Origin: an uncultured Acidimicrobiaceae bacterium
Lineage (GTDB): Bacteria > Actinomycetota > Acidimicrobiia > Acidimicrobiales > Bog-793
Reading direction: 5' to 3'
Assembly (NCBI GenBank): GCA_963725215.1
Contig: CAVRXQ010000002.1
Coordinates: 400,205-464,204, forward strand
Length of the DNA stretch: 64,000 nucleotides
In this document: positions 1-12,330 of the stretch, piece by piece
Numbering within the stretch: position 1 is the first letter of the stretch
Layout: each line of letters starts with the position of its first letter
Translations under genes and position numbers: made by a program
Notes under the pieces: generated by a model
Database searches by the model: none
Told to the model about the DNA's origin: nothing
The model's input: the letters and a program-made list of their open reading frames with translations, nothing else

Positions 1-66
1 GTTCGTCTTGCGGTGGCGCTCTGCCGTACGCCGAGGACGGTTTCCTGAACCTCCCTCATCGTTCAT
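1..66 (-). CDS. hisB: imidazoleglycerol-phosphate dehydratase, N-terminus only (runs off window)
   Basis: ATG at 66 overlaps the hisC stop (ATGA); translates MNDEGGSGNRPRRTAERHRKT, like the HisB N-terminal R-T-A-x-x-x-R-x-T motif; hisD-hisC-hisB order. Confidence 0.7.
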   Translation of the reverse strand, partial: MNDEGGSGNRPRRTAERHRKTN

Positions 67-1184
67 TTTGCGGGCTCCTTCGCGTACACAGGGACACTTG
101 CGTCACTGAGTGAGGCTTCGAGCGCCGCCAAGAACGCGTCGTTCTCCTGGCGGAGTCCTATCGTCACTCTCAGACAACCCGAAAGACCTCGCCACGACGA
201 AACGTTGCGGACGAGCACCGAGCGGTCGACGAGCCGGTGCCAGATCACATCCGCGTTTCGGTCGCCGAGCCGGATGAGAAGGAAATTCGCGTCGGAAGGG
301 ACCGTTTCCACGTCGAGTCGCCTGAGTGCCTCCGCGACGCGGTCTCGTTCGCGGACGATGCGCGCCGTGCGATCGTGTAGCGCGCCCTCGTGACGCAGGG
401 CGGCGATCGCGGCTGCTTGCTTGAACTGGTCCAAGTGGTACGGGAGCGCGACGTCGAAAAGCGTGCGCACGACTTCAGGTCTTGCGACCGCGTATCCGAG
501 ACGAAGTCCCGCGAGCGCCCACGCCTTCGAGAACGTCCGCACGACGATCAAGTTCTCGTGCACGCCGAGCGTCGGGATGACGCTCGTTCCGGCGAACGGG
601 GCGTACGCCTCGTCGATGACCACGTGCCCGCGCGCTCGACTGAGGACGGTTCGCACTGTCGCCTCGGGTTCGAGCCTGCCGCTCGGGTTGTTCGGCGAAC
701 ACAAGAAGACCACATCAGGGCTCCGCCCGTCCGCCCGAGCCGGCAGCAAACGATCGAGTTCATCCTCGGGGACGAGGAACTCCGCGTCTCGGTCACCGAC
801 TGCAATCCCGGTCCCCGTGAGTTGAGCGATGTGGGAGTGCAATGCGTACGTCGGTTCCCACAATGCGCAGAAGCGGCCCGGACCGCCGAACGCAACGAGA
901 ATGCACTGCAGGACTTCATTCGACCCGTTCGCGCAGAACACGTTGTCCGCGCTCGTTTGGTGATGAGAAGCGATTGCGTCGCGCAATGCGACGGCCTCGC
1001 GGTCGGGATAACGGTTCAATCGGAGGTCCGCGACGATCTCTTTCAGCTCGGCGATGAACTCTTCTGATGGAGGCTCAGGAGTCTCGTTCGTATTGAGGCG
1101 GACGGCGACTTCGAGCTGTGGAGAGTGGTAACCGCTCGGGAGGCCGCTCTTGTTTGAGTCCAACGCTTCGTCCGGTGCACCCAT
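63..1184 (-). CDS. hisC: histidinol-phosphate aminotransferase
   Basis: LNTNE, NRYPD, NGSNE, SPNNPSG, DEAY, RTFSKAWALAGLRLGY PLP motif; ATG at 1184 overlaps the hisD stop. Confidence 0.95.
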   Translation of the reverse strand: MGAPDEALDSNKSGLPSGYHSPQLEVAVRLNTNETPEPPSEEFIAELKEIVADLRLNRYPDREAVALRDAIASHHQTSADNVFCANGSNEVLQCILVAFGGPGRFCALWEPTYALHSHIAQLTGTGIAVGDRDAEFLVPEDELDRLLPARADGRSPDVVFLCSPNNPSGRLEPEATVRTVLSRARGHVVIDEAYAPFAGTSVIPTLGVHENLIVVRTFSKAWALAGLRLGYAVARPEVVRTLFDVALPYHLDQFKQAAAIAALRHEGALHDRTARIVRERDRVAEALRRLDVETVPSDANFLLIRLGDRNADVIWHRLVDRSVLVRNVSSWRGLSGCLRVTIGLRQENDAFLAALEASLSDASVPVYAKEPAK

Positions 1185-2483
1185 CACGCGCTCCACGTGG
1201 CAGAGCCGAGGCGCGTCCTAATCGCCTCGGCATGCGCGGGTAAGTGCTCGGATTCCGCGATCGCGACGACGTCGTGACCGAGGATTTCGAGTGCCGGCTC
1301 GCTCACCCGAATCACGTGCGTGCGGCGCAGGAAGTCCGTGACACCGAGCGCGCTCGCAAATCGTGCCGAACCAAACGTCGGCAGAACATGGCTCGGCCCC
1401 GCGACGTAGTCGCCGACGGCGGCGGACGAATAGGAACCGATGAAGATCACCCCCGCGTTCTTCACACCGGCCAACAGTGAGTCCGCGTCGTCGACCATCA
1501 GTTCGAGGTGCTCCGGAGCGATTGCGTTGGCGACATGCACGGCTTGATCCGGGCTGTTCACGAGGGCGACGAAACCTCCAGCACGAAGCGAACCCATTGT
1601 CTCGTCACGCCGAGGGGACTGCTCGGCGAGGCGTGCAACTTCCGCCGAGACGCGCTCGGCAACGTGTTCCGACCAGGTGATGAGCCAAGCGAACCCGTCG
1701 GGACCGTGCTCGGCTTGCACGACGAGGTCGATCGCCGCCCACTCGATAGGTGTCGACTCGTCTGCAATAACAGCAACCTCAGAAGGGCCGGCGAAACTCG
1801 AGGCGACGCCGACGACTCCGGAGACTTCTCTTTTCGCGATGGCGACCCATTTCGATCCGGGTCCGGCGATGACGTCCACACGCGGAATCGATCGCGTTCC
1901 ATACGCCATCGCGCCGATCGCCTGGGCGCCTCCGACACAGTAGACCTCATCGACGCCTACGATTCTCGCAGCGACGAGGATCTCAGAGGCGACGGCTCCC
2001 GTCGGTCCAGGCGGGCTGCAGCACACGACGGACGTGACGCCAGCAACCTTCGCCGGGATCGCCGACATCAACACGCTCGACGGGTACACCGCCCGCCCCG
2101 CCGGCGCGTAGATGCCAGCGCGTGAAACGGGAAGGTCGAGATGCGTGATCGTCACGCCGTCGTGGACGTAGTCGGAAGGCGTCCTGTGCTCGTGGCGATG
2201 GAATCTTTCGATCGCATCGGCCGCCGAGCGAAGCGCTGAGACCAGCTCGGCCGGCGTCTCCGCCAAGGCCTGCTCGAATTCCTGCTCGGAGACGAGGAAA
2301 TCTTCGACGTCGACGCCGTCGAGCTCTTTCGTGAGTGATCTCGAGCGCGTCATCGCCGAAGCCGCGAACCCGCTCGAGGATCTCCCGGACGCGGGCGACC
2401 GGTCCGTCGTTAGAAAGCTGAGGGCGCGGGAGGTCGAACGGACCCCCGGGAGCGCATTTTCTTAGGTCGATCAGCCGTAGCAC
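1184..2483 (-). CDS. hisD: histidinol dehydrogenase, with one frameshift near 2340
   Basis: GIYAPAGRAVYPSSVLM, GGAQAIGAMAYG, AGPSE, QAEHG, APEHLE, GDYVAGPSHVLPT; N-terminus (VLRLIDLR...VREILERVRGFGDDAL) is in another frame from GTG 2483. Confidence 0.9.
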
Positions 2484-2597
2484 CGAGCCGGGCCCTTTCT
2501 GGCGTGAACCGCCAGGATAAATGCCAAAATGTGCCCGCTCGCGCGGCGAGTGGCGCACGCGCACAATCACCAAAGAGAATGAAGGGAAAGCGTCGAC

Positions 2598-3473
2598 GTG
2601 CTCCGACTCGTCGTACCGAAAGGCAGTCTCGAGCGCCAGACGCTCGATCTGTTCGCTGCCGCCGATCTCGCGATCCTGCGCAGCTCGGACGTCGACTACC
2701 GAGGTTCGATCGACGACGAGCGCGTCGCGGACGTCCGTGTGCTGCGCCCACAAGAGATCCCGCTCTATGTGAGCAGCGGGCTGTTCGACATTGGCATCAC
2801 CGGGCGCGACTGGGTCCAAGAGACTCGAGCCGACGTTGTTTCGCTCGGTGAGCTCCGGTATTCGAAGGCCACCGATCGACCGGTCATGATCGTGATCGCC
2901 GTGCACGAATCCTCGCCGACACGGCGGGTCGAGGATCTCCACCGCGGCGCCCGTGTCGCCACCGAATACCCAGACATCACGCGGCGCTTCCTCGCCGAGC
3001 GCGGCGTCGAAGCCGAGGTGCTCGCTTCCTACGGCGCGACCGAGGCGAAGGTGCCCGAGATCGCAGACGCAATCGTCGAGGTCACCGAGACAGGTCGCGC
3101 TCTCGAAGCCGCAGGGCTGCGCGTCCTCGAGGTCGTCCTCGAGTCGTACCCGGAGCTCATCGCGAACCGCCAATCGTGTGCCGATGCGGACAAGGCACGA
3201 GCGATGGCGCAGATCCTGACGCTGCTTCAGGGTGCGCTCGACGCTCGCGGCAAGGTGCTCGTGAAGCTGAACGTGTCCGCGAGGGATCTCGACGCGGTCT
3301 TGAAACTGCTTCCGTCGATGAAGGCGCCGACGGTGTCCCAGCTTTCTGGGGACAGCGGGTTCGCCATCGAAACCGTGATTAAGAGAACGGAAATCAACGT
3401 GTTGCTCCCGGCTCTCAAAGAAGCCGGCGCGACCGACATTCTCGAGCTCGCGCTTTCAAAGATCGTCCACTGA
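2598..3473 (+). CDS. hisG: ATP phosphoribosyltransferase (long form)
   Basis: PKGSL, RPQEIP, DIGITGRD, VATEYP, SYGATE, ETG and C-terminal regulatory domain (PSMKAPTVS...GATDIL). Confidence 0.95.
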   Translation: MLRLVVPKGSLERQTLDLFAAADLAILRSSDVDYRGSIDDERVADVRVLRPQEIPLYVSSGLFDIGITGRDWVQETRADVVSLGELRYSKATDRPVMIVIAVHESSPTRRVEDLHRGARVATEYPDITRRFLAERGVEAEVLASYGATEAKVPEIADAIVEVTETGRALEAAGLRVLEVVLESYPELIANRQSCADADKARAMAQILTLLQGALDARGKVLVKLNVSARDLDAVLKLLPSMKAPTVSQLSGDSGFAIETVIKRTEINVLLPALKEAGATDILELALSKIVH

Positions 3474-3625
3474 ATCGCGGCGCGGCTTGGTGTCGCCGCG
3501 ACCGGCGCTCGCCTCAGTGGGCCTCGTACGGTGTCGTGTAGATTCTCCCAACCGGGGCCACAGGTGTCCGCGTTCGAGCGGGACGGTGCGTACCGGCGAC
3601 CGCTTCGACCACACGAGACCCCACC

Positions 3626-6600
3626 GTGAGCGAGGACACAACACACCGAGGCCTCTACGATCCCCGCTTCGAGCACGATTCGTGCGGCGTTGGGTTCGTG
3701 GCGGACTTGCGACGTGGCGCGACCCACGAGGTCGTCGAACTCGGGCTTACCGCTCTGGAGAATCTTGCACACCGCGGGGCCTTCGGAGCAGATCCCGATA
3801 CTGGAGACGGTGCGGGAATTCTTGTCCAGATGCCGGACGCGTTCTTCCGCGCGGTGTTCGACGACGCATTACCTCCGCTCGGCTCATACGCGAGCGGCAT
3901 GGCCTTCTTGCCTCGAGACGAAACTCAAGCCGAACACCGCAAAGATGACTTCACGCGCCTCGCGCGAGAAGAGGGCCTCCATGTCCACGCATGGAGAGAG
4001 GTTCCCGTCGAACTCGGAGTCGCGGGTTCAGCGGCGCGTGCGGTCGCACCGAGTTTCTGGCAAGTCGTGCTCACCGGCGATGGCGAAGGATCGTCCCGTG
4101 GGTTGTCGGGACTCCCCCTTGAGCGGTCGGCCTTCGTCCTGCGCAAGCGATTCGAACATGCGTTCTCTGACTGTTATTTCCCATCCCTCTCGATGCGGAC
4201 ATTCGTCTACAAAGGCATGCTCGCGACCGAGCAGTTGCGTCGCTTCTACCCCGATCTCTCGGACGCACGTCTCGCCAGCGCACTGGCGCTCGTGCACTCG
4301 CGCTTTTCGACTAACACGTTTCCGTCGTGGCCTCTCGCACATCCGTATCGGCTAATCGCTCACAACGGTGAGATCAACACGATTCAAGGCAATCGCAACT
4401 GGATGCGCGCCCGCGAAGCGCTCCTCGAGAGCGACCTCATCCCGGGCGACCTCCGCCGGATTTTTCCGATCGCCTCCGCCGGAGCGTCCGACTCGGCGTC
4501 ATTGGACGAGGTAGTCGAACTCCTTCACCTTGGCGGGCGCTCGTTGCCGCATGCGTTGTTGATGATGGTTCCCGCGGCCTGGGAAAACGACTCGGAGATG
4601 GATCCCCGCCTGAAGGCTTTCTACCGCTATCACTCGTGCTTGATGGAACCGTGGGACGGGCCCGCCGCGATCGCCTTCACCGACGGAACGCTGGTCGGGG
4701 CCGTACTCGACCGCAACGGCCTACGGCCGGCGCGCTACTGGGTGACGAGCGACGGCCTCGTCCTCCTCGCCTCCGAGGTCGGAGTGCTCGACCTGCCTCC
4801 CGATCGCATCGCGAGAAAGGGTCGTCTCTCGCCAGGGCGGATGTTCGTCGTCGACACGGCCGAGGGCACGATCCTCGAGGACGACGACATCAAAGCTCAT
4901 CTCGCCGACGGGCTTCCCTACGACGTGTGGCTTTCGGACAACCTCGTCCCGATCGCGGATCTGCCACCTCGGCGCGTGCTCGTTCCTCGGCATGAGACGC
5001 TCGTCCGCGCGCAGCGGCTTTTCGGTGTGAGCGAGGAAGACCTCCGGATGATCCTCGCGCCGATGGCCACACAGGGCGCCGAACCGACCGGATCGATGGG
5101 ATCGGACACCCCGATCGCGCCGATCTCGGACCGGCCGCGACTGCTGTTCGACTATTTCTTTCAGCTGTTCGCACAGGTGACGAATCCGCCCCTCGACGCG
5201 ATCCGCGAGGAGCTCGTCACCTCCTTGTCGACGTCGGTCGGACGTGAGCGCAACCTCCTCGAGCCCGCCCCGGAATCGGCGCGTCAGATCGCGCTCGAGT
5301 TCCCGATCATCGACACAGACGACCTTGCGAAGCTCGTCCACGTGAACGAACACGGCGAGACGCCCGGCTTCGAATCGGTGGTCATCCGCGGACTCTTCCC
5401 AGTCGATGGAGGGGCCGCGGCGCTCGAGGAGAGCCTGGAGCGGATTTGCGGCGACGTCCTCCGTGCGATCGGAAAGGGTGTGAACGTCGTCGTGCTTTCC
5501 GATCGAGAAGCAACGGCAGAACTCGCACCAATTCCGTCACTGCTGCTCGTGTCCGCTGTCCATCACCATCTCGTGAAGGAAAAGGCGCGCAGCCGCACCG
5601 GACTCGTCGCGGAGACGGGCGACGCCCGCGAGGTCCATCACATGGCGCTACTCGTGAGCTACGGCGCCGCGGCGGTCAACCCATATCTTGCGGTCGACTC
5701 GGTGCGCGAACTCGTGCGCAACGGCGCGATCGCGCTCACCGAGGATGCGGCGGTCCACAGCCTGATCCAGGCGCTCGGTAAAGGCGTCTTGAAGGTGATG
5801 TCGAAGATGGGAATCTCGACTATCGGCTCGTACACTGGGGCGCAGATCTTCGAAGCGGTCGGCCTTGACCAAGACCTCGTCGATCGGTACTTCACGGGAA
5901 CGACGAGCAAGCTCGGCGGTGTAGGCCTCGACGTCCTCGCAGACGAGGTCGCGCGCCGGCACGCGCTTGCGTTCCGGGCGCGTGATGGTGAGCTCGCGCA
6001 TCGCGAGCTCGAAGTCGGCGGCGAATACCAATGGCGACGCGAGGGCGAGTACCACCTGTTCAATCCACGCACGGTGTTCAAGTTGCAACACTCCGCACGG
6101 GCGAAGCGATACGAGATCTTCAAGGAGTACACGCGTCTCGTCGACGACCAGTCGGAGCGGCTCGCGACGCTGCGCGGGCTGCTCAAACTCCGCACCGGCG
6201 CGGACGCACCTCGGCCGCCCGTTCCGATCGACGAGGTCGAGCCGGTGGAGTCGCTCGTGCAGCGCTTCGCGACCGGGGCGATGTCTTACGGCTCGATCTC
6301 GGCGGAGGCGCACGAAACGCTCGCCGTGGCGATGAATCGCCTCGGCGGGCGTTCGAACTCCGGAGAAGGCGGCGAAGATCCAGCTCGCTACGTCGCCGAT
6401 CCGAACGGCGACTCGCGACGGAGCGCAATCAAGCAGGTCGCTTCGGCGCGCTTCGGAGTAACGAGCGAGTACCTCGTCAACGCGACCGATCTACAGATCA
6501 AGATGGCTCAAGGCGCGAAGCCGGGCGAGGGGGGGCAGCTGCCAGGAGCGAAGGTCTACCCATGGATCGCGAAGACCCGCCACTCGACGCCCGGGGTCGG

Positions 6601-8185
6601 GCTGATCTCTCCCCCGCCGCACCACGACATCTACTCGATCGAAGATCTCGCGCAACTCATCCACGATCTCAAGTCGGCAAACGACCGCGCGCGTATCCAT
6701 GTGAAGCTCGTCGCCGAGGTCGGAGTCGGCACCGTCGCCGCGGGGGTCGCCAAAGCACACGCCGACGTCGTTTTGATCTCTGGCGGTGACGGCGGTACCG
6801 GAGCCGCACCGCTCACCTCGATCAAGCACGCCGGCGCACCATGGGAACTCGGGCTCGCCGAAACCCAACAGACGCTGATCCGCAACGCGCTCCGCGACCG
6901 GATCGTCGTCCAAGTCGACGGTCAGATGAAAACGGGACGCGACGTCGTCGTCGCCACGCTCTTGGGTGCGGAGGAGTTCGGATTCGCGACGGCGCCGCTC
7001 GTCGTTTCGGGGTGCGTGATGATGCGCGTCTGTCACCTCGACACCTGCCCCGTGGGCATCGCCACTCAGAATCCCGAGCTGCGCCAGCGATTTAGCGGCC
7101 GGCCGGAATTCGTCGAGACGTTCTTCACCTACATCGCCGAGGAAGTGCGCGAGTATCTCGCCGCTCTTGGCTTTCGCCGGCTCGTCGACGCGGTCGGTCA
7201 TGTCGAGTGCCTCGACACCGAGAAGGCCGTACGGCATTGGAAGGCGAAGGGACTCGATCTCGCGCCGTTGCTCGCCCGCGTCAATCCCGACCACGGCACG
7301 ACCGATCTCCACCAGACAAAGCCCCAAGACCACGGTCTCGAGAGATCGATCGACCATACGCTGATCGAGCTCGCCAAGCCAGCTCTCACCCGCGGCGAGA
7401 ACGTGACGATCGGCCTCAGGGTGCGCAACATCGATCGATCCGTCGGCACGATGCTCGGTGCCGAAGTGACGAGGCGGCACGGCGCACACGGTTTGGCTCG
7501 CGACACCATCGCGATCAATCTCGAAGGATCGGGCGGACAGAGCCTCGGCGCCTTCGTGCCAGCCGGAGTCACGATCGTGCTCACCGGAGACACGAACGAC
7601 TATCTGGCGAAAGGGCTGAGCGGTGGTGTAGTCGTCGTCCGCCCGCCAGAGACGGCGGGGTTCGTCGCCAACGAGAACGTCATCGCCGGCAACGTCTGTG
7701 GGTACGGGGCGACGGGCGGCGAACTGTACGTCTCAGGTCTCGTCGGCGAGCGGTTCTGCGTGCGCAACTCGGGAGCGACCGCAGTCGTCGAAGGAGTCGG
7801 CGACCACGGATGCGAGTACATGACCGGCGGCACGGTTGTCGTGCTCGGAACGATCGGTCGCAACTTCGGTGCTGGGATGTCGGGAGGACTCGCTTTTGTC
7901 TTCGACCCGGATGATCGCCTTGGTGACCGAATCAACCGGGAGATGGTGGATGTCGAGCCGATCGATGCCGATGATCGCAACTTTCTCGCCGAAGCGATCG
8001 AGCGCCACCGATGTCTCACGAATTCCGCCGTCGCAGCGAGCGTCCTCGGCGACGCGCCATCGATCTTCGAATGCTTCAAGAAGGTCGTACCTCGGGACTA
8101 CCGCCGGGTTCTCGAGGTCACTAAAGAAGCGATCGCGCGGGGTGAGTCGGTAGACGAGGCGGTCATGGCGGTGGCACATGGTTGA
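3626..8185 (+). CDS. gltB: glutamate synthase large subunit
   Basis: [68 protein letters not shown] domain; 1519 aa. Confidence 0.98.
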   Translation: MSEDTTHRGLYDPRFEHDSCGVGFVADLRRGATHEVVELGLTALENLAHRGAFGADPDTGDGAGILVQMPDAFFRAVFDDALPPLGSYASGMAFLPRDETQAEHRKDDFTRLAREEGLHVHAWREVPVELGVAGSAARAVAPSFWQVVLTGDGEGSSRGLSGLPLERSAFVLRKRFEHAFSDCYFPSLSMRTFVYKGMLATEQLRRFYPDLSDARLASALALVHSRFSTNTFPSWPLAHPYRLIAHNGEINTIQGNRNWMRAREALLESDLIPGDLRRIFPIASAGASDSASLDEVVELLHLGGRSLPHALLMMVPAAWENDSEMDPRLKAFYRYHSCLMEPWDGPAAIAFTDGTLVGAVLDRNGLRPARYWVTSDGLVLLASEVGVLDLPPDRIARKGRLSPGRMFVVDTAEGTILEDDDIKAHLADGLPYDVWLSDNLVPIADLPPRRVLVPRHETLVRAQRLFGVSEEDLRMILAPMATQGAEPTGSMGSDTPIAPISDRPRLLFDYFFQLFAQVTNPPLDAIREELVTSLSTSVGRERNLLEPAPESARQIALEFPIIDTDDLAKLVHVNEHGETPGFESVVIRGLFPVDGGAAALEESLERICGDVLRAIGKGVNVVVLSDREATAELAPIPSLLLVSAVHHHLVKEKARSRTGLVAETGDAREVHHMALLVSYGAAAVNPYLAVDSVRELVRNGAIALTEDAAVHSLIQALGKGVLKVMSKMGISTIGSYTGAQIFEAVGLDQDLVDRYFTGTTSKLGGVGLDVLADEVARRHALAFRARDGELAHRELEVGGEYQWRREGEYHLFNPRTVFKLQHSARAKRYEIFKEYTRLVDDQSERLATLRGLLKLRTGADAPRPPVPIDEVEPVESLVQRFATGAMSYGSISAEAHETLAVAMNRLGGRSNSGEGGEDPARYVADPNGDSRRSAIKQVASARFGVTSEYLVNATDLQIKMAQGAKPGEGGQLPGAKVYPWIAKTRHSTPGVGLISPPPHHDIYSIEDLAQLIHDLKSANDRARIHVKLVAEVGVGTVAAGVAKAHADVVLISGGDGGTGAAPLTSIKHAGAPWELGLAETQQTLIRNALRDRIVVQVDGQMKTGRDVVVATLLGAEEFGFATAPLVVSGCVMMRVCHLDTCPVGIATQNPELRQRFSGRPEFVETFFTYIAEEVREYLAALGFRRLVDAVGHVECLDTEKAVRHWKAKGLDLAPLLARVNPDHGTTDLHQTKPQDHGLERSIDHTLIELAKPALTRGENVTIGLRVRNIDRSVGTMLGAEVTRRHGAHGLARDTIAINLEGSGGQSLGAFVPAGVTIVLTGDTNDYLAKGLSGGVVVVRPPETAGFVANENVIAGNVCGYGATGGELYVSGLVGERFCVRNSGATAVVEGVGDHGCEYMTGGTVVVLGTIGRNFGAGMSGGLAFVFDPDDRLGDRINREMVDVEPIDADDRNFLAEAIERHRCLTNSAVAASVLGDAPSIFECFKKVVPRDYRRVLEVTKEAIARGESVDEAVMAVAHG

Positions 8186-9662
8186 CCCACGGGGGTTCCT
8201 GAAGTTCGGTCGCGAGGATCCACAGCGCCGTCCCGTGGCAGAACGCATCAGGGACTGGCGCGAGGTATACCTCCCCGGTCCGACAGAAGGCGTTCGACAG
8301 CAGGCCGCCCGATGCATGTGCTGCGGAATCCCCTTCTGTCACGAGGGCTGTCCGCTGGGAAACCTCATTCCGGAGTGGAGCGATCTCGTCGCCTCCAACG
8401 AGTGGCATCTCGCGGCTGAGCGCTTGCACGCGACGAACAATTTCCCCGAGTTCACTGGACGGCTGTGTCCCGCGCCATGCGAAGGCTCGTGCGTTCTCGG
8501 TCTTGTGGATCAGCCCATCTCGATCAAACAAGTCGAATTAGCAATCGCGGAATTTGCGCTCGCCAACCTGGAGCCGCACGCGGTCGCCCCTCGAACCGGC
8601 CGACGGGTCGCTGTGGTCGGCTCGGGGCCCGCGGGCCTCGCCGCAGCTCAGCAGCTCACCCGCGCCGGCCACGCCGTGACGGTCTTCGAACGGAGCGAGC
8701 GCGTCGGAGGTCTTATCCGGTACGGCGTCCCCGAGTTCAAGCTCGAAAAACAGGTCATCGACCGGCGCGTCGCGCAGATGATGGCCGAGGGCACGCGCTT
8801 CGAGACCCGAGTCTCAGTCGGATACTCATCTCACCGGCAGAATCCCGACTCTCCCCTCGGCCCGGTCATTCGTACGTCCCAAATCGTCGATGAGTTCGAC
8901 GCGCTCGTCCTCGCGATCGGCGCGGCACGACCGCGGAACCTCGACATTCCGGGACGGCATCTCTCGGGGATCCATTTCGCGATGGATTACTTGAAGGGCG
9001 CCAATCTCGTCTGTGAAGGCGCGATCGATCGTGCGCCGATCGACGCCGCCGGCAGGCGGGTCGTCATCCTGGGCGGAGGTGACACCGGAGCGGACTGCCT
9101 CGGAACAGTGCACCGCCAAGGCGCAACTTCGGTCGCCCAGCTCGAAATCCTTCCCGAGCCGCCACCCGCGCGAGGAGCGGACAACCCTTGGCCCACGTGG
9201 CCCCGCATCTTGCGCAGCTCCGCGGCGCACGAGGAAGGCGGCGATCGCCTGTATTCCGTGGCGACCTCGTCATTCGTCGACGGCGGCAACGGATCCGTCG
9301 CAGCGATCTCGGTCGAGTCGGTCCGCTTCCACAACGGAGACTTCAAGGCGATCCCGAATTCGCGCGTCGAGTTCGAGACCGACCTCGTACTGCTGGCGCT
9401 CGGGTTCCTCGGACCCGAACTCGGCGGAGCGGTTGGTGAACTGGAACTCGCAGTCGACGTCAGGCAGAACGTCGCGGTCGGGCCCGACTACATGACGAGC
9501 CGCGGGGGTGTGTTCGCGTGCGGAGACATGACTAGGGGCCAGAGCCTCGTCGTCTGGGCGATCGCAGAAGGGCGGTCGGCCGCGGCCGCGGTCGACCGGT
9601 ACCTCATGGGCTCGACCCGGCTCCACGCGCCGTTGCGACCTGGGGCGACGGCGATTAGCTGA
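8178..9662 (+). CDS. gltD: glutamate synthase small subunit
   Basis: [61 protein letters not shown]; overlaps gltB end. Confidence 0.97.
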   Translation: MVDPRGFLKFGREDPQRRPVAERIRDWREVYLPGPTEGVRQQAARCMCCGIPFCHEGCPLGNLIPEWSDLVASNEWHLAAERLHATNNFPEFTGRLCPAPCEGSCVLGLVDQPISIKQVELAIAEFALANLEPHAVAPRTGRRVAVVGSGPAGLAAAQQLTRAGHAVTVFERSERVGGLIRYGVPEFKLEKQVIDRRVAQMMAEGTRFETRVSVGYSSHRQNPDSPLGPVIRTSQIVDEFDALVLAIGAARPRNLDIPGRHLSGIHFAMDYLKGANLVCEGAIDRAPIDAAGRRVVILGGGDTGADCLGTVHRQGATSVAQLEILPEPPPARGADNPWPTWPRILRSSAAHEEGGDRLYSVATSSFVDGGNGSVAAISVESVRFHNGDFKAIPNSRVEFETDLVLLALGFLGPELGGAVGELELAVDVRQNVAVGPDYMTSRGGVFACGDMTRGQSLVVWAIAEGRSAAAAVDRYLMGSTRLHAPLRPGATAIS

Positions 9663-9876
9663 TTACTTGGACGACGCCGACAGCCGACGCGACTCAGCCG
9701 AATGCGCCAAGCGGTAACCGCGTCAGTTCCTGCGAGTCGTCGGGCAGATCCTCGGGATCAAGTGCAACGGCTTGCCGCCGATTCCTTGTGTCCAATCAAT
9801 TGGCACGACTGAACTCAAGTGGACGGATGGTGCTGACAAAGAGACACAAATACCGTCTCTGTGCTGGAAATATGTT

Positions 9877-9894
9877 GTGTCGGAGGGGGGATTT
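9877..9894. repeat. left att core (18-bp direct repeat GTGTCGGAGGGGGGATTT; reverse complement of a tRNA-Leu 3' end)
   Basis: identical to 33041-33058. Confidence 0.85.
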
Positions 9895-10460
9895 TCCCAC
9901 CTGCGACACGCGCTGTTACCTGGGATCTCGGCCCCTGATCAGTCGTCCGCCGACCTTCAGGTTATGAGGGTGTGTACGGCCGTTCGCTGAGTGTTTGCCC
10001 ATCCGCCTACGTACCACCGATTCGGGGCTTGAGCAGCGCTTTTCTTCGAAACTGGCCGGCGAACTGGTTCTCGGTGAAAACACGAGTTAGGGCAAAAGTA
10101 GAGAAAAAGTAGGGATGGGACTTTTGCGGGTGTAATGGAGCATCGCGCCTGCTCGTGACTGTTCCAGACCTTCGGGTTACGTAAGGTCGCCCGTTGGTGG
10201 CGCGACGGGGACGGTAGGGATGCGGTAGGGACGGCGATCGGCCTTCGGGTTCGGTCTTCGGGTTTCGTGAGGGTCGCAACTGCTTCTGGAGCATCGGACT
10301 GCCGGTGTCCGTTGGACACCTCCACTTTTTCCGGGGCGGTTCACTCATCTGCAAGCGAGAACACGAGCTTGGGCGGCATCGAAGCGAGCGTCAGAAGTTC
10401 GACGTATGGCAGAGCAACCGGGCATCCCCACCAACGACGTAGCGGACATTGCCACGATCG

Positions 10461-11009
10461 TCACATGCGGAAGTAGTCGGCTCCGGGATTGATCGGATGC
10501 ACACTACGAAGGTGTCGGCCCGCACTTGTGATTGACGAGACGATGCCCGACGCGTCAGACGCCGAAACATAGCCCGCGGCCACGGCGTCCCGGAGAATGT
10601 GCACCGTGTCGATCACTCGACCAACGCTGAGGCGCCGCTCGGCGAAGTCGTACGCGGCGTTGTCGTCCGTCGCGACCAAGCCGCCGAGCTTTTCCGCAAA
10701 GTAAATACATTGCGCCTCGCCGGCGTGCCTGATCGGGGGCCGGCGACCGTCGTTGAGTCCGATCCAGATTCGCACGATGCGCTGTTGATCCGCGATCGTG
10801 GGCAACACAGAGCTTCCGAGCCAGTGGCAGGTCAATATGGCGAGGCACCCGGGCCATCCGGCGGCGTCACCGCGCCTGATCTCCGCCTCTACTTCTTCGG
10901 TCCAACGCGGCGCGTCCCGCCAGCCATGCACTTGTTCCAGGATTCCGAGGCGACCGCAGACCGCGAAATGGCACAGAGTGACCGCGTCGAACAGCACAGG
11001 GCGAGACAC
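10461..11009 (-). CDS. PIN-domain protein (DUF3368/VapC-like)
   Basis: N-terminal VLFDA, EVEAEI, AGEAQCI, ATDD acidic pattern; starts 9 nt after the HTH-ImmA gene. Confidence 0.75.
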   Translation of the reverse strand: MSRPVLFDAVTLCHFAVCGRLGILEQVHGWRDAPRWTEEVEAEIRRGDAAGWPGCLAILTCHWLGSSVLPTIADQQRIVRIWIGLNDGRRPPIRHAGEAQCIYFAEKLGGLVATDDNAAYDFAERRLSVGRVIDTVHILRDAVAAGYVSASDASGIVSSITSAGRHLRSVHPINPGADYFRM

Positions 11010-11018
11010 GCAACGTCC

Positions 11019-12218
11019 TTACACCGGACTACCGCTAAACCGTTCTACGTCGGTCGTCGCTTGATCCGCCCGCTCTTCGTAATCCTCTTCGAGGACTTCG
11101 GTGGCATCTTTTTCCATGATCGCCATGCGTACCAATAGGTCGTCCGGATCGACGCCCAGAAGACCTGCGAGCGGCCGGACGCTCAGCACTCCCTGGCGGT
11201 AGCCGGCGAACGCACGGACAGTGAGCCACTCAGGGGGGCGCTGCTCGGGTCGAGTGCCCAACCGGCCAAGCAACGTTCGTGCCTTCTCGTCATCCCCGAT
11301 CGCCGCGAGCACTCCGCGCCACCCAAGGGCCCGCATTTGATCCCGCCCACGCACGTTGATCAAACCGAGATTATGCAGTCGGTATACGAGCGACTCGAAA
11401 CTGACGCCGAACTTGTCGACCATTCGTGCCAGCGAGTGGGCCGTTCTACCCGATCGTTCGATTTCGGAACGGATCTCTTCCTCTGGCATCAGAAAGCTGG
11501 CGGCGAAAGCGTTGGCAAAACGCTCGCGATCGGTGTGAGCGGTGAGGTCGATATCGAGAGTCAACACCTCGCCCTGCCCCGACAAGACGTGCGCCAACTC
11601 GTGAGCGAGCGTGAACAGCGATCGAGTCGTTGGCTGCGCCGCGTTGACAAAGATCAACGGGAACGATCGATCAGTGATTGACGCGCCGGCGAGATGGTCG
11701 CTCGAATGCTCCTCGACGAGCACGTCCACACGGAATCTCTCTTCGATGGCCGCCACAAGAGCCGAGAACCGATCTTCCCCCTCTGCCGCCACCTTCAGTT
11801 GATGATTCGTCCAAGCGGCCAATTCGGTAGCGGAAGCCATCCATTCCGATTCGTCCACTTCCGGTACGTCGTCCAGTTGTGGTTGAGCGGGGATTCCTTC
11901 CTCCGACAACAACTGATGCAACTCCGTCAGAGCGGTCAGACGATCGAAGGCAGGGCTTTCGACGATCGCTCCCAATTCGGCGCGGGGCGCAACCGGGAGC
12001 CGAGCCAACAAGGAATCTTCATCAAGGATCGCGAGCGGCGAGACGTTGAGAGCGTCGGCGATCAGTGCAAGCTCTTCGGTTTTGAGCGCTCGCTTACCCC
12101 GCTCAATGTTCGACATCGCGTCGGGGTCGAGCCCAACGCGAGCGGCGAGTTCCTGAGACTGCAGACCAGCCCGTTCACGGAGCACGCGCACCCACGCGCC
12201 GACAGCGGCGGCGTCCAC
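11019..12218 (-). CDS. XRE-family HTH fused to ImmA/IrrE (DUF955) metallopeptidase
   Basis: LRERAGLQSQELAARVGLDPDAMSNIERGKR HTH; FTLAHELAH HExxH; ERFANAFAASFLMP; likely GTG start at 12218. Confidence 0.9.
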   Translation of the reverse strand: MDAAAVGAWVRVLRERAGLQSQELAARVGLDPDAMSNIERGKRALKTEELALIADALNVSPLAILDEDSLLARLPVAPRAELGAIVESPAFDRLTALTELHQLLSEEGIPAQPQLDDVPEVDESEWMASATELAAWTNHQLKVAAEGEDRFSALVAAIEERFRVDVLVEEHSSDHLAGASITDRSFPLIFVNAAQPTTRSLFTLAHELAHVLSGQGEVLTLDIDLTAHTDRERFANAFAASFLMPEEEIRSEIERSGRTAHSLARMVDKFGVSFESLVYRLHNLGLINVRGRDQMRALGWRGVLAAIGDDEKARTLLGRLGTRPEQRPPEWLTVRAFAGYRQGVLSVRPLAGLLGVDPDDLLVRMAIMEKDATEVLEEDYEERADQATTDVERFSGSPV

Positions 12219-12225
12219 TAAGCCG

Positions 12226-12310
12226 AGGTTACGCGGAGATTGCGATTTTTGCAACCTCTCAATTGCGATTATCACAAGTCAATGATACCATGAAGTTGTG
12301 ATTTCACCAA
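12226..12310. promoter_or_regulatory. back-to-back promoters with three 15-bp TTG-N9-CAA operator-like boxes
   Basis: boxes TTGCGATTTTTGCAA 12240-12254, TTGCGATTATCACAA 12263-12277, TTGTGATTTCACCAA 12296-12310; + promoter TTGCGA(12263)-17-TACCAT(12286) with TG extension; - promoter TTGCAA(12254)-17-TAACCT(12231). Confidence 0.7.
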
Positions 12311-12330
12311 TCCTGAGAAAGGAGGGACCC

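Noticed and set aside
2335-2350. Programmed frameshift in hisD
   Set aside because: No slippery sequence; similar indels elsewhere point to sequence error
1983-3173. 396-aa minus-strand ORF
   Set aside because: Mostly the antisense shadow of hisG; only 2483 to about 2340 is real (hisD N-terminus)
9940-10460. Short ORFs 9957, 10007 and 10267
   Set aside because: No recognisable motifs or RBS; could be a decayed gene but cannot be supported
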